A stretch of 62,967 nucleotides of DNA, counting the filler, from Choristocarpus tenellus KU-1152 (taxonomy: Eukaryota; Protista; Phaeophyceae): the NCBI GenBank assembly GCA_964200185.2. It is 12 parts of 12 records of this genome, joined end to end, with 100 filler letters (N's around TTAATTAATTAA, not from the genome) between each part and the next. Parts side by side here need not be neighbours in the genome. Positions count along the whole stretch, not along the records: positions 33,363 to 43,049 come from CAXNAD020003471.1; positions 43,150 to 49,944 come from CAXNAD020007331.1; positions 50,045 to 53,372 come from CAXNAD020020776.1; 9 more parts are not named here. One strand, written 5' to 3'. The notes beneath the pieces were generated by a model that worked only from the letters and a program-made list of their open reading frames with translations, searched no databases and was not told where the DNA came from. Both the position numbers and the translations under genes were made by a program. This document shows, piece by piece, positions 37,434 to 50,073 of this stretch; position 1 is the stretch's first letter, and each line of letters opens with the position of its first letter.

Positions 37434-40400
37434 GACATTATGAGTATGTACGGTAGCTTTAGTTGTGGAGATGGAAGGCTGGTGTGGGTTGGAGGGTGGA
37501 GGACCTCTATGAGTATTATTTTTTTTGTTCTTCTCTGCAGTTCGAAACAGAAATATTTTTAAATTTCTTGAGCAGTTCTTTTTTTTTTGATGTCCGAAAA
37601 TAAATAAATAAAAGGAGCGAGATCAATTTCAATTCGTGCCACCTGACATAATCACTACTAAAACCAAAGAAACCACAAAGACATTATCGAAAACCACGAT
37701 GATATCTGCTTGCTGAGGAAGGGGTGTCAAAGAACATCATGAAAAGCAGTGAACACTTACACCCGATTCTTGTACCCCTTTCAGTCCAATTTTGCAGAGT
37801 TGTGCTTTGTTTGGACCATTAATCTTCTGTGAAGGTAAAACACCCAAGACAGTATCTTGGGTTTCTTGCCCAGATCAGCCTGTATCATTTTCCCAGTGCT
37901 TGAGTTGTCTCTCTGCTCTATCCTGTGTATCCTCTGGGAAGTAACCAATCCCATATTTTCATCCTTAACCCTTAGTTCATTCGACCCTCACCTTAACACA
38001 CAACACGTATAATTTGAGAAAACGTCCTTCCTATCTCTTCCCCTTGTTTCAGAAAAAGCCGATTGGTTCAGACCTTGTGGTGGTTGACCTTGGCGCCACA
38101 GCTCTAGAGATTGCCTCATAAGTACAAGGAGACAGAGGGGGTCAACATTCTGTGTCATGTCCTTGCTGTTTGGTTATACACAGTATCTCACGGTTCTTGA
38201 TAAGAGATGGAAGGGGGTCTGTGGGATCCTAGTGTGTGTGGGGTCAATTGGAAGATGACTTGTTGGGTCTGATGAGTTGGTTGTAACTGTGGTTTGGATG
38301 TGATTCAGTGCGGCTTGAGCAATGCATGGTTCCTGGTTGATGCTTTGTTGTGTAGTTTGTCATGGAGATGTAAGGCATGTAAGTCTTACCTCTCATATCC
38401 CACTGTAAACAACCCTCTTGTGGAGAGGGGAACCAAACTTGTGAGGGCGCAGGGTAGAAGAGTAAGAAATGTGTTGGAAATATGTGGCACATTGGGGGTG
38501 TTTCTGTGTTGGAATGCAAATGCAAGCAATGAATGCCGCTGTTACTGCAATGCTGTGATAACCGGGATCAGCAGCAGTATCTTTCCATGCGGTAGGGAGG
38601 TGCAAATGTGGGAGGAGGGGGTTTGGTAGGTTGGAGGGTTGCTGCATGTTTTATGTTTCCATTTTTTGTGGAGTTATCTTGTTTATGTGTATTTTTATTT
38701 TGTGTGTTGGAATCTAAGAGGGTGAGTTGAGGCACAAAATAGTGCAGTGAATAAAGTAACATAGTATTATATAGTAGTATGTTCGTCACCAGGGGAAGAG
38801 GGAGAGGAAATGGGCCTTGTTCTATATTTGAAGGCACAGAGAGTACAGGCTTTTGCACCGGGAATGTTGGTTGCAAATGAAGTCATATATTGTTATAGAA
38901 CTTACAGTTGACGAGTTCTCATCTTCATGAGCACATGGAACTGTTTGTAGATGAGATAATGTCCTGGTGGTATGATTAGGTTGAAGAAAAGTGAGTGCAG
39001 TCGGTGCTTGCAGAACTGACTGTAGCTCTGTGGCCAGTTTAGGGGTGGCTCTATGACCAGGGCCTGTGCCACCCGCTGTGATAGAATTGAATCAGTAGCA
39101 TGATATATATATACCCATGTATATATCACAAACTTGTTCGGTGTTTGTTACATAATCTTTGTGGTATGACTGAGACCACTGTTGTGTATGCTGAAGTATT
39201 ATTAGTACATCAGTGCAGAAGTGAATTAGTTGCCTGAGTCTGAGACATGGAAAAGGCAGAGCTGGACTGTGTGGTGTGTTTTTGCAGGAACAGCGGGCGG
39301 GGGCCTTGAGAGTAGTAGAGTATCAGTAGTTGCTGGGTCAGAGTACTCAAGCAGCACACTTTATTATTACAGTCAGTCGTGGTCCCACTTTAGTAAGACT
39401 CCTTTTAGTCAGCCCAAATTGACATGGCATAGTGTTCTGGACCACTTTTTAGGCATGTTGAGGTCTAGGGCCTTACACCTTAATGTTTCTTCAAAATATT
39501 CTATAATGGCTCGAAACTCGAAGCAACATGGGCTGCATTGCATGGAAACGACATGTAGTTTTACTTGAACATAGCGTTTATGTCCATGCAAAGTGATGTG
39601 TCTGTCTGCAATTGTTGGGGGTGCAGGGTGTATTATAAGTACCACTACACACACACTACTGATTAATACATCGAGGAACCCTAACCCTATCCCTAAGAAT
39701 CCGCTAATGTCTGCCTGAACCACAGGTCTCTAACCATGAAAACGCAACACTTCATTTCTGCTGTGTGGTACACATTTGGTATCCAATTTAACACTTAATT
39801 GCTAAAAACTGCACTTCCGCTCCTCCTTCAGCACGCATGGATGTGGCAACAAGTTCCAACTCTAAGCAAGAATCTCTGTTGTTGGTATAGTCGCGTTTGA
39901 AGTAGTGAGACGTGGGTGTTAAACCTGACTGCCAATAATTTGTAAAAAAAGAAAGTATAGAACATCCCTGCCCCTTTGGTGCCACTTCGCAGGAGGAGCC
40001 TGGCGGTTTTTGACCGTCATGTGGTGAGGTTGGTTGACTACTTCCTCTCACTCGTCTCCCCGGTCAGGACGAACTTTGTTGTGGAAAGCCAGTCTCTTGT
40101 TTCACACCACCAGAGGTGCAATAAGCGATTGTCAATAATCAAAGATGCGTGCACTTCCTACATACATACTCAGCATATTGTGACATATCATTGAATGCAC
40201 CTTAAGAGTGATGGGGGTAATACCTTTTCCACAATCCAATCCACAGAAATTGAGGATAGTGTGGTCAGTGGTCAAGCAACTGCAGCATGCAGTTGAAGTA
40301 CACTCAACACCGCTTGACATTATTATCCTGAGCCAAGGTAAATGAGGGGTATCAAGGGATGCATTTTATGGATGCTGACAAAGGTGTAAAGTTTGACTTA

Positions 40401-40811
40401 TTTTGCAAATGTGTATGGGGACTTTTCTGAATTCTGTTGAAGATTTTCAAACAGCAGAGAAATAAACGCTCTAGAGTCAATTTGGGCACTTCGTCCATGC
40501 AAGTAAAGGTAGATTGCAAAGGAGGAGAAAATTGGATTAAAATGCAATGCGGCCAAAACCTGGGTAATTCTCACTTACTTTGATTCGCCGTTTTTGTGGG
40601 CAGCCATCCAGCATGGTATCATTTCCTACCACAGGGTTCACAGGAACAACTTGACAAGCTCAAGACAATAGCAACACTACCGACAAAACCTATGCTCAAA
40701 CACGTAAGGTGGTAGGTCCAACATGTTCCAGCTGGTAGTACATTCCTCTTGACCCGTGTTGTTGTTACGGAGTACCTCTGGAGAGATAGATGCCTTGCCA
40801 GCCAAGGAGGA

Positions 40812-40843
<32 letters not shown>

Positions 40844-43023
40844 TGTATCCCTCCTCAACCTCCTTTACCACGAAGGGGATTGATGTGTTTGAGTGTGAAG
40901 AGGTCGCAGTCTATTTATTGTTGTCTCCTGCCACACTATTCTAGAGGCAGGGAGAGGGAGGGACAACCTCAACCAAAGTGGAGTAGCACTTCAAGTTGCT
41001 ACTGATCAATCCTCCTTGGTTCTTCATAACTGCAGCTGTCCTGGTGCAGCCTCGCTAGTCGCGCATGTTGGGTAACTGTGTGCAAGGCCACTATACCTGT
41101 GTTGGGAAATGCTACCTCCATAATCACATTTATCATGAGAGATGGGAATACAAATCAGGACTGGCATTATTATATAAGGAGTCAACAGTTGTAGTGCCCC
41201 AAGTGGAGTTTGCACAAACATTCGCAATATGCATAAGCTAGTATATCGCCTCTTGTAGGAGGTATGGTACCAAGGTTTCTATTGTTATGGACGGTTTGTT
41301 GTTTGGGTAGTTCAGGCAGTTGAAGCGGCAGAGAAGAATAAACTCATCTAGAGTGAGACCTTACTCCCTTCGTTAGTAAGACTTGCAGATCCCAAACATC
41401 CCAACCTACAGCGATCGTGGTGGATTATTGAAAGAAAGACAGAGATTCCTGCTCTATCCTTCCTACCTTGAAGTTTGCATTGAGTGAGCATTTGTGACAC
41501 ACACCATTTTAGCAAATATTAGCACTTATGGTGTTGGATGGACCAGACATTCACGGTGATCTCCGGAGGGAGTGTGGTGAGATGGTTTTGGTGAGGTGAG
41601 CTTGTGTCTGGAGACCAACGACAACAGCGAGTCCTTTCTTTGTCAAACACACAGCAACACACAGGGAAGACCTCCATCTTCAGTCAAATTGTTAGCAAGG
41701 GGGTGGGAGGATGCAAGCTTTGAAGCAAATCGTTATGACAATGTATACTATATTGCTTACGTACAGATACATCCCTGATGCTATAAACTTAACCCAGCAT
41801 ATTTTTGAGTTCCTTCACAGTCATACTGTACTATCGACTCCTATCATTTCTATTCGTACTTCCCTGCCCACCAGGTATGTATCAACTCAACATCAGGAAC
41901 CGCAATTATTTTCAAGCAGGGGAGTAAATCCACTCATAATCACACATCGGAAAAATCCAGGTCAAGTACTGTATACCCACCAGCAACACAAGGATAACAT
42001 CAGTACCAAGGAGGGTATCATAGACCACACCCCATGTCCTACCCATACGCCAGCAAGCAATGACGTGCGTATTTGGTGACTAGTATCACTCTTGCATGCA
42101 AGCTGTGACTGTTTCGATCTTCTTTGTATGCCATTCGCCACTATTTCTTTGACTTTGTGTTCTACAACAAAAATGTAAGCCAAGTGTCCATTTTTGTGTG
42201 CAGCAACAGATTTTTCCCTTTTTCGGAGAGTTGGGGGGACCAGAGAAAGAGCAGTCATAGGTCCTGCCTTGATACCATCTACTGCGAGATGCCTCAGTGC
42301 CACCTACCACATCAATAGAGCGTCCATACCCCACAACTCTGATACAGCAACATCTACTTTCTCTCCCCTTTCCTCGCACACACCAGCTACACCAACAATA
42401 TTATCCCCTCACCTCTCCGTCTTACATGCATGCCACAAGAGGACCGGACACTCCCGTAGGCGCCTATTATTCATTTGAACTGTGTGTTTAATACATTTGC
42501 AGCAGCATGTCTTTAAAACATGCTATTTACTGCATGCTACACCGTCAATAAGGACCACAACCACCCTACTTGATTGGTGGTAGAAACAGCCTTTTCATTC
42601 ATGACCGTGCCTAGTAGGGAACGAGATATGTACAACAAAAATATGAGCCAGGATTGATTGGCAGCAACGGTCACAAAACACAAGGCACCATAAGCGAGCA
42701 CAAGCAGTTGATGGTCTCCTCAGGCTCTTGTTTCTTCGCTACAAATCGCATCATCATGCCAAATGCTTCTTGGTAATGATATATGTACTCCCTGTCTCCC
42801 ATAAGTCTGGGTCGTTAAGATGTAGCTCTTCAGGATAACCTCCGATAACAAATGAACCTTTGCGTGGGATTCCTTGAAATATTTTACATCAAAAAAATAT
42901 GTCTCGCCTTTGTTCGAGACACTGTCAACCCACCAATTCAGGGCCGCCGTAGAGGCTGCTCAGTCTACTTCGACTGATCTAGCCAACCCGCCCTCCCACT
43001 GCCTTTTTTTGGTCCTGGTGTGC

Positions 43024-43049
43024 GAGCCAAAGTATCTTAGGGGGTAATG
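43024..43049 (+). mobile_element. MITE F2 terminal repeat at contig end
   Basis: gagccaaagtatcttagggggta. Confidence 0.75.
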
Positions 43050-43149
43050 NNNNNNNNNNNNNNNNNNNNNNNNNNNNNNNNNNNNNNNNNNNNTTAATTA
43101 ATTAANNNNNNNNNNNNNNNNNNNNNNNNNNNNNNNNNNNNNNNNNNNN

Positions 43150-44442
43150 CCTTCTACCCCACCTATACCAGTCTTGTCCCTCCCCCTAACCCCATTGCCC
43201 CCACCCTCCCCAGAGTGGGTCTTAACACTGTCAGTCATAATGACATCCAACGTGGGCACAGCAATGGTGCGATAGTTGTTCCTGATAGTGCCCACTAAGG
43301 GTTCCAACCATCCTTCCTGGACTTCAATGTGAGCATCGAAGAACACTAGGACTTCTCCTCTTGCGTATCGCGACCCAATCATCCTACATAAAGAGGGCAG
43401 AAGAGAGGTGGTTGGAAGTAATTGGTGTATGCTATATCGACAAAACATAACAAAACAGTAATGGGCAGATTGGAAGTAGTTCTTATTTCACTACGCATCA
43501 ACACGGTAACCATTGCAGTCTTCGGAGATGAATTGTTTCTCTACATAGTCAATCCAGTCAACAACCTGGAAACATTTTCTATGATCGAGGGAGAGAAGAA
43601 CCGCATCATCAGTAGTTGAACTTTCACGCTCATGTCTCACCTAGCACGCATGATCCCCTCGCGTTGCTTTGTGCGCACCAGTCTGACCTTGGGCATGGAC
43701 CAAACCGGGGACCCTTCTACAGCAGCGTTTCCGTCATCAACCAGAATGATGTCCAATAGCGCATCCCAATTCGTTCGCTCTAACAGGGTCTTCTCTCCAC
43801 GATCATAATATGGCAATGGAAGGGTATGTTCATAATTGGGTTACAAGCGAATTACAATCTTCTACTGGAGAAGAGAGTTCCAGCAAAGAGAGGTATGCCG
43901 AGAGTGCATGTCTTTGTAGAAGAAGTGCAACATCAACACAAACAAACTGACTGTGAAGGACTGCCCCAGTATATCATTGGTGAAGTACTCACCATCACCG
44001 AACGCTCAAGATTTGCCGCGCTTTCATTGTAGAACGACATGATCACCGAAGCTGTCTGCGGGGTCGAGGTTCTTGGCGCGTAGTGTAGATTACAGACTGG
44101 AGGCTGTTTCTTACCAACCGCTCGCGTGCTGAAGTTTCGCCATAGAGGGTCAAGCTCACATAGACTATTTTGAACATCACAGACCAGGTTATCCAAGCAC
44201 CCTACCCCACTCGTAAGTTCGATGCAGGGACATTGGAATGTTCCTGAAATGCAAGAACTGTCCCAATTGTGACCTCGAGAAGGTGAGGATACACCACCAG
44301 TGCTGTGCTGGTTGAAAAACGCAACATCTACCCTCGGACCACGGTGATGTGCTAGACGTTCCACGATTGTCTCGAGATAAAACATTGTCACTGCGTAAGC
44401 GAGCAGTACTCCTAGGCACCCCAGAGGACGCTTTATGTCCAT
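43150..44442 (-). CDS. Polypeptide N-acetylgalactosaminyltransferase-like (GT27), 5' portion. Exons: 44442-43993, 43789-43641, 43383 to about 43200
   Basis: Type II signal-anchor; ASVIMSFYNE, DIILVDDG, REGIMRARMIG, VLVFFDAHIEVQEGWLEPL (DxH motif), PTLDVI; phase-consistent GT-AG. Confidence 0.88.
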
Positions 44443-47400
44443 CTTTACTACTTAATACTACTGAAAGAAGAACAGAGTACAATGACAAGTTAACCTCATC
44501 TCACTGCGGAAAAACTGTGGTGTACCTTCCATTTGACCCCTTCCACAGAATACTGTACTCTGACACTCAAAGAAAAGGTACCTACCAAATTGGAGATTCT
44601 ATCTTGTATCATAATACAATGAACATACTGTATATACGAAGTTTGAAAGGAGTCAACACACGTTTCAATTGTGTGTGATATCAAAATACATTACCGTCTT
44701 GGCTCTTGAAATATGAATTGATTTTTGATCTTATCGCATCTTTCACGTAATGCATTGCCCAGACATGACTTCAGGTGGATAGACATGCCATGCCAACAGT
44801 GGTGAGAACCTGGTTTGTGGTCGCGACCAGTCAAGCAGTGAGTGCCCGTCCCGTTCAACTCCTGCACACTTTGGCCATTCCAGGCACAGCATTGAACCGC
44901 CATATCTCAATTCCTGTCATCACACAGGGACCACCACACTCCAGTGGGCATAATGTCGGGTGAACACTACCTTCACGGAATTTGTGGCACCATGGATCCA
45001 GATGGGGACAATGAAATGAGGAGGCTATCCTTTGGTTTGTCATATTCCTGAGGAGATGAGTAGTGATAAGGCTGGCAGTGATAATGAGAGTGCTGTTTCT
45101 TAGGACTTATTTACCCCAACTGGAGCAACCCTCTTGTGACCGACTAGCAAGTTACAAATGTCTGGCACGGTTGGCTTTGGCGGAAAGTGCTCCAAGATAA
45201 GGTTGGGGGGGCAGTGCCATGTTCAGCATGGTAAACCATAAGAAGGGAAATCGCACGGAGAAGCAAAAAGACCGTCAGGTTGCACCGACGAAGAGAAAAA
45301 TATATATAGCCCAGAAAGGCGAAGTGCTGGACTGCTAGATGGATGGACACAAAGATAATCCAAGTCAACATACGGAGCGATACAGGGTTGGTATGAGGAC
45401 AATGGCATAAATTGGAGCCAGCAAGAAAGACCTTCAGAAACAGCTTCTTGCGAGTGGCAAGGGTGACAAGAAGGTGGTTAGGTAACCTTGGCAACCGGAA
45501 GAATCTTTTATACTTGGAATTGTGTGTATTGTGGTACTACTGCCTGCACTACTACAGTGCTTTCCCCCGTGCAACTGCTGTCTAACCAAGGAGGATGTAT
45601 TTGAGGCCTTAGCACAGGGTGTAATGGGATGAGCTGCTGGGGGTAGCTCGGATTGCGCTACAAGCATTGCTAGTAAGGCTGATGATGAGGAGGGGAATGA
45701 ATTGTCAAAAGTCAAGACTTAAACACAGACAGGTGGTGGTGGTGATGGGGCGAGGGGCCGAGTATCCTTCTCCACCTCCCTTTGTTGAAGTTCCTCCACG
45801 TATTATATTTGGAGGCAAAGGCGAAAGAGAATATACTACATCCCTACACATTGCTGCATCAGGCGAAAATCGAGTTATTCACTGCTTTTGCTTCAAGATC
45901 TTCGATGCGGACAGATACTAGACACGTCCTTGACTGATGCGTGTTGTGATGCTGTAAGTCGTTCCTATACTCTGTATCGTCAAGTTTTAATTTTCACAGC
46001 ACACACAACATGGCAATTACAAGGAACAACATCATACCTGGGTGAATCATACAAGTCGTAAAATTCTAAACCTACACACTCGAACACACGTGTCTAAGAA
46101 ACACGCATCAAAACAGAGTCATTTTTTTAGCTGGCTACACGCATTTTAATAAGGAAGTTCACTTTAAGCCATGTCAAAAGCCCTGAAATAGGGGTACATA
46201 CCTTTGACGTGAACTTTTCACAATAAGGTTTGTTACTTGGCTTTGCGCAATCTGGTTTTCGTAGTGGATTTTCTTATCGCCGTTAGACAAAATACCATAA
46301 TGTATTTCATTTAGAGAATAGATGCTTTAAAGCTGTATTTAATAGTTGAGTGTAGACGATTAACTATAATGCCCTATTTAATTTTCACCTGCATTTACTT
46401 CGTTTTGAGTGAGTAGGCGTAACTGTTTGTCTCGGGCAGTATTGATTAGGTTCTCTGAAACATGATCAATTTAACGAGTGTGACATATTGTTACGTTTGC
46501 TAACAACCTCAAAAAACATCTTCTCGGAACAAACGCAAACAATATGAGGAACTTGAAGCTATGGGAGGAAAGGGGCGGTCAAATCCCGCCTACAACAAAT
46601 AGTCTCGGTAACAACGCAAGTGGCACTGTCTAGATGTGTGATGCGTTTTAAGCTGGAGTCATCAGGGAGATGGGGAAGGAGGGGCTTGTTAGATTCTTGG
46701 AATGCTTCCCTAGCTCCTCACCCTGGGGTGCAGGAATAGGTAGGATAAAGATACAGGAAGGCAGTGGTACAACTTAGATGGTAGTAAAATAGCAAATAGA
46801 TACATGTTTTTCACATTTGTGACAGCTGTTACCTCCTTAGGGATTTTTCTGGCATGTGAATAGTTTTGATTAGTTTTCACACATCTACAAAATGTTAGAG
46901 AGCATAATAATAAACATAAAGATATGTACAGTGACCAAAAAATTGCTAGATTTTTTTCCTAGAACGACCCCATTCCTCAAGGACATAAATAGAACGAGTG
47001 GCGACCCTTTAGAATGAAATGTCTTAATTAATTCAGAACACGTTTTGAGTGGGAATGCGTAAAATTCTGTCCGCACGGTATCCCACTAGACACTGTAAAA
47101 CAATATCATTTAGCGAGTGTCACAGATTGTCATGTTCGCTAACGCATCTTATAACTTGTTTTTAGAACTGCAGTGATGTGTACACTCGCTAAGAGAAGCG
47201 TTGCTCTACTATGGATTGGATGAAATTTCTTTAGGGCTAATAACGATATATGTATAGTTTTCATTGGTTTTCCCCCTGACACATCTGCAAAATGTCAGAG
47301 GGCATAATAATAAATGAAGTTGTACTGTAGATGTAGGTGTCAATACGTGTCAGAAGTCGTGTTATCCTATGAGACTGTATATCAAATACCATATAGATGG

Positions 47401-49912
47401 TCTCTCTATTTTGACCAACACTACTAGAGTTGTACTTGACAGATTAAATTCATTGAAATGGTCTACTCACCTTCTCTTTGGGCGGAACCCAATCAATGGA
47501 AATCTCTCTCAACTCGGAATCGTTTTGTGAGAGAATATCTATGTAGCTGTCAACATTATTTATGGTTGATTACTTCAGCGATACAACATATTGTACAACA
47601 AAGAATTATTTGAAATGGCAGAACCTTCACACTTAGGGTTATTTTTGTGATAAAATCCTCTTTTTTCGCATGTGTTAGGAAAATATATAACAGCTGTTAT
47701 ATATGTATTGCAAGGACTACACTGCTACTGTGTGTAGTAAATGCAACAGTCGACAGGAGGCAAGTGGGCAAAAAGGTCATGCCTCACAGATTCTTGTGAT
47801 ACTTCCCAACTCCTCGCACACCTTCTTAGGACTAAGCTAGGTCAAAATATCAACAGTATACACATTACTCTCCTACCTTCAATGTATTATTAAATGTTTT
47901 ATTATTTTAATATTTTTTCGACAGGTGTCTTTACGTAGACAACTAACTGTTGTTGTATCTGTTGCAGTCTGGAAGTCTCGGTAGGACCTCCATGTTACAG
48001 CATGCCCCTCAGAACTCACCTCCACAGAATATGCAACTCAAATCCAACGACCTTAAAACGACTCTATGGGAACGTTGCCCTTGATAACAGTTTGTAGGGT
48101 GTCAGGTATCCTTCTCTCTTGATATTCCACTCAGTACTTAGCTCAAAGTTCGACTCAAAGTTTCGTTCAATTTAAAGAAAAAGGACTGAAAAGAGGGGTT
48201 AAAGGATTTTGACCAAAGCCCTCTTATTATTTTCATCATCCACCCAATTTCTTTGGTCTTCTATGCAACTGCTCTATACGTACTCCAATCATAAACCTTT
48301 ATTCTGCTACTTCTTAGGAACTTTGACACTTTCTTCTGTAATGTGACGTATTCATTACGAATCTTACTCTGTATCTTCTATGAAATCAGCATTCATTCTT
48401 TAAGGCTACCTATTATTATATGTTACTAATATCGTATATTGTTCGCACTTGTTAGTACGTGAGAAATAATCTTCGCACTATTCGTCTGTCACAAACGTTC
48501 GTGTTTGCTAAAACACGAGAAGAAATGCTCGCGCTATTCGCGTGTAACATATCTACAAGAATAGCAGTAGTGGTTGATATGATTATTTCTAGTTTATTTA
48601 TTTTTTATCATTTGTTCCACATTTGTCGAGGACGATCCCCAATGTGGCGTGGTCAGAGACACTACACCATTGCACTACTTCTCATACTATCTATCAACTA
48701 TGGTTGCATTACGCCTAATTAACTGCTTCCGTTCCTCTGTTGCTTCTCTCGCATTGAGGTCACTAGTCCCACCTCTCGTCGCTCCGTCTCCTCTCCCTCG
48801 AATCTTGTACTACCGGTACCGGATCTGGTCTGCAGTTTTTCCATCTTGATCTTGATTTGGCGTTTTTGTGGTACAACACACATATGCTACTATAGGTGTA
48901 CGTGCAATACATTGTGCTTGCCATGTATGTGGAGTACCATAATCGAAACCATATTTTCGTTAATAGAATTATTGTGTAGCAGGCACTCGAACCTACTAGT
49001 TTCATACAGGTCGCTGCTGCCTTAACCATTGAATGAGTCGAAAGGATACCTGTCATATACAGCAACTGCTACACATCCTGTAGTAGAACCATTGGTTTGG
49101 AACATCACATGTGTAGAACAGTTCTAGATATCATATTCTGGGCTAGAGTAATTTGGATGGTTGGTTGGTCAATATGTCGAATACAAGTGTCCGTGATGAA
49201 AGATTTGAAAAAAGTAGAATACCCTACCTGTGACATTAACCAAGACTCGCTGTCTCATATGTGGAGTTAGATAAATACACGCCTAGTATAAACAGAGGAA
49301 ACCGATATATTCCGTTTTGGCTATGGTTAGATCAACATGCTATCTAGCATTTCTCATTTGATGCTGTAACTAGATAGTACGAGAGGGAGATAGGAGCAGA
49401 AGCAGCAAGGAAAGGCGCAATGGTAGATGGTGAAAACGAAAATCAATTGGTGAGGAGGACTCAAATGCCAATGTCATCACTGCACATGGTAACAGAGGGA
49501 CAAGTAAAAAATATAGTATTTTAACTGTTAGTCGCCAAGTGAGGTATTCACACCCTCGAAGAGTCAATTCGTGCCACGGGATGGACTGGAGTGAACTGAG
49601 GTTTGGTGGCGATGAACAAGTAAGTTTCGGTTGGGAAAGATAGAGAATCCATCTCCAAATATAGTGGAGATGAAGAGGCTGGTTAACGAACTTCATAGGA
49701 TTGGCCACATCACCAATGAGGATGAGTGAATTAAGTGGTTGCATATCGTTCTGGATGGGGATTATTTCGATGAAGTCAGGAAGGTCCAGGACCCTGGCAC
49801 AAATCCTCCTGGTCCTGGGCGTTCAAGAATGTATACTTTTTACGAGACATCCTTTCTGGTCGAAGATGTCCCTTCGACGTATCATGGTCCTGGACCTTCC
49901 TGACTCCATTGA

Positions 49913-50073
49913 GACCTAAACTATCTGGGGGGGGGATCTACACCNNNNNNNNNNNNNNNNNNNNNNNNNNNNNNNNNNNNNNNNNNNNTTAATTAATTAA
50001 NNNNNNNNNNNNNNNNNNNNNNNNNNNNNNNNNNNNNNNNNNNNCCGCCACCCCCTCCCAGATACTTTGAGCC
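49913..50073 (+). mobile_element. F1 MITE left end (49913-49944) and right end (50045-50073) on either side of a spacer
   Basis: gacctaaactatctggggg..tctacacc and ccgccaccccctcccagatactttgagcc. Confidence 0.75.

Noticed and set aside
39800-41300. Very degenerate transposase (HVVRLVDYFLS, NIRNMHKLVY)
   Set aside because: Fragments too short and stop-ridden to call without a profile search.
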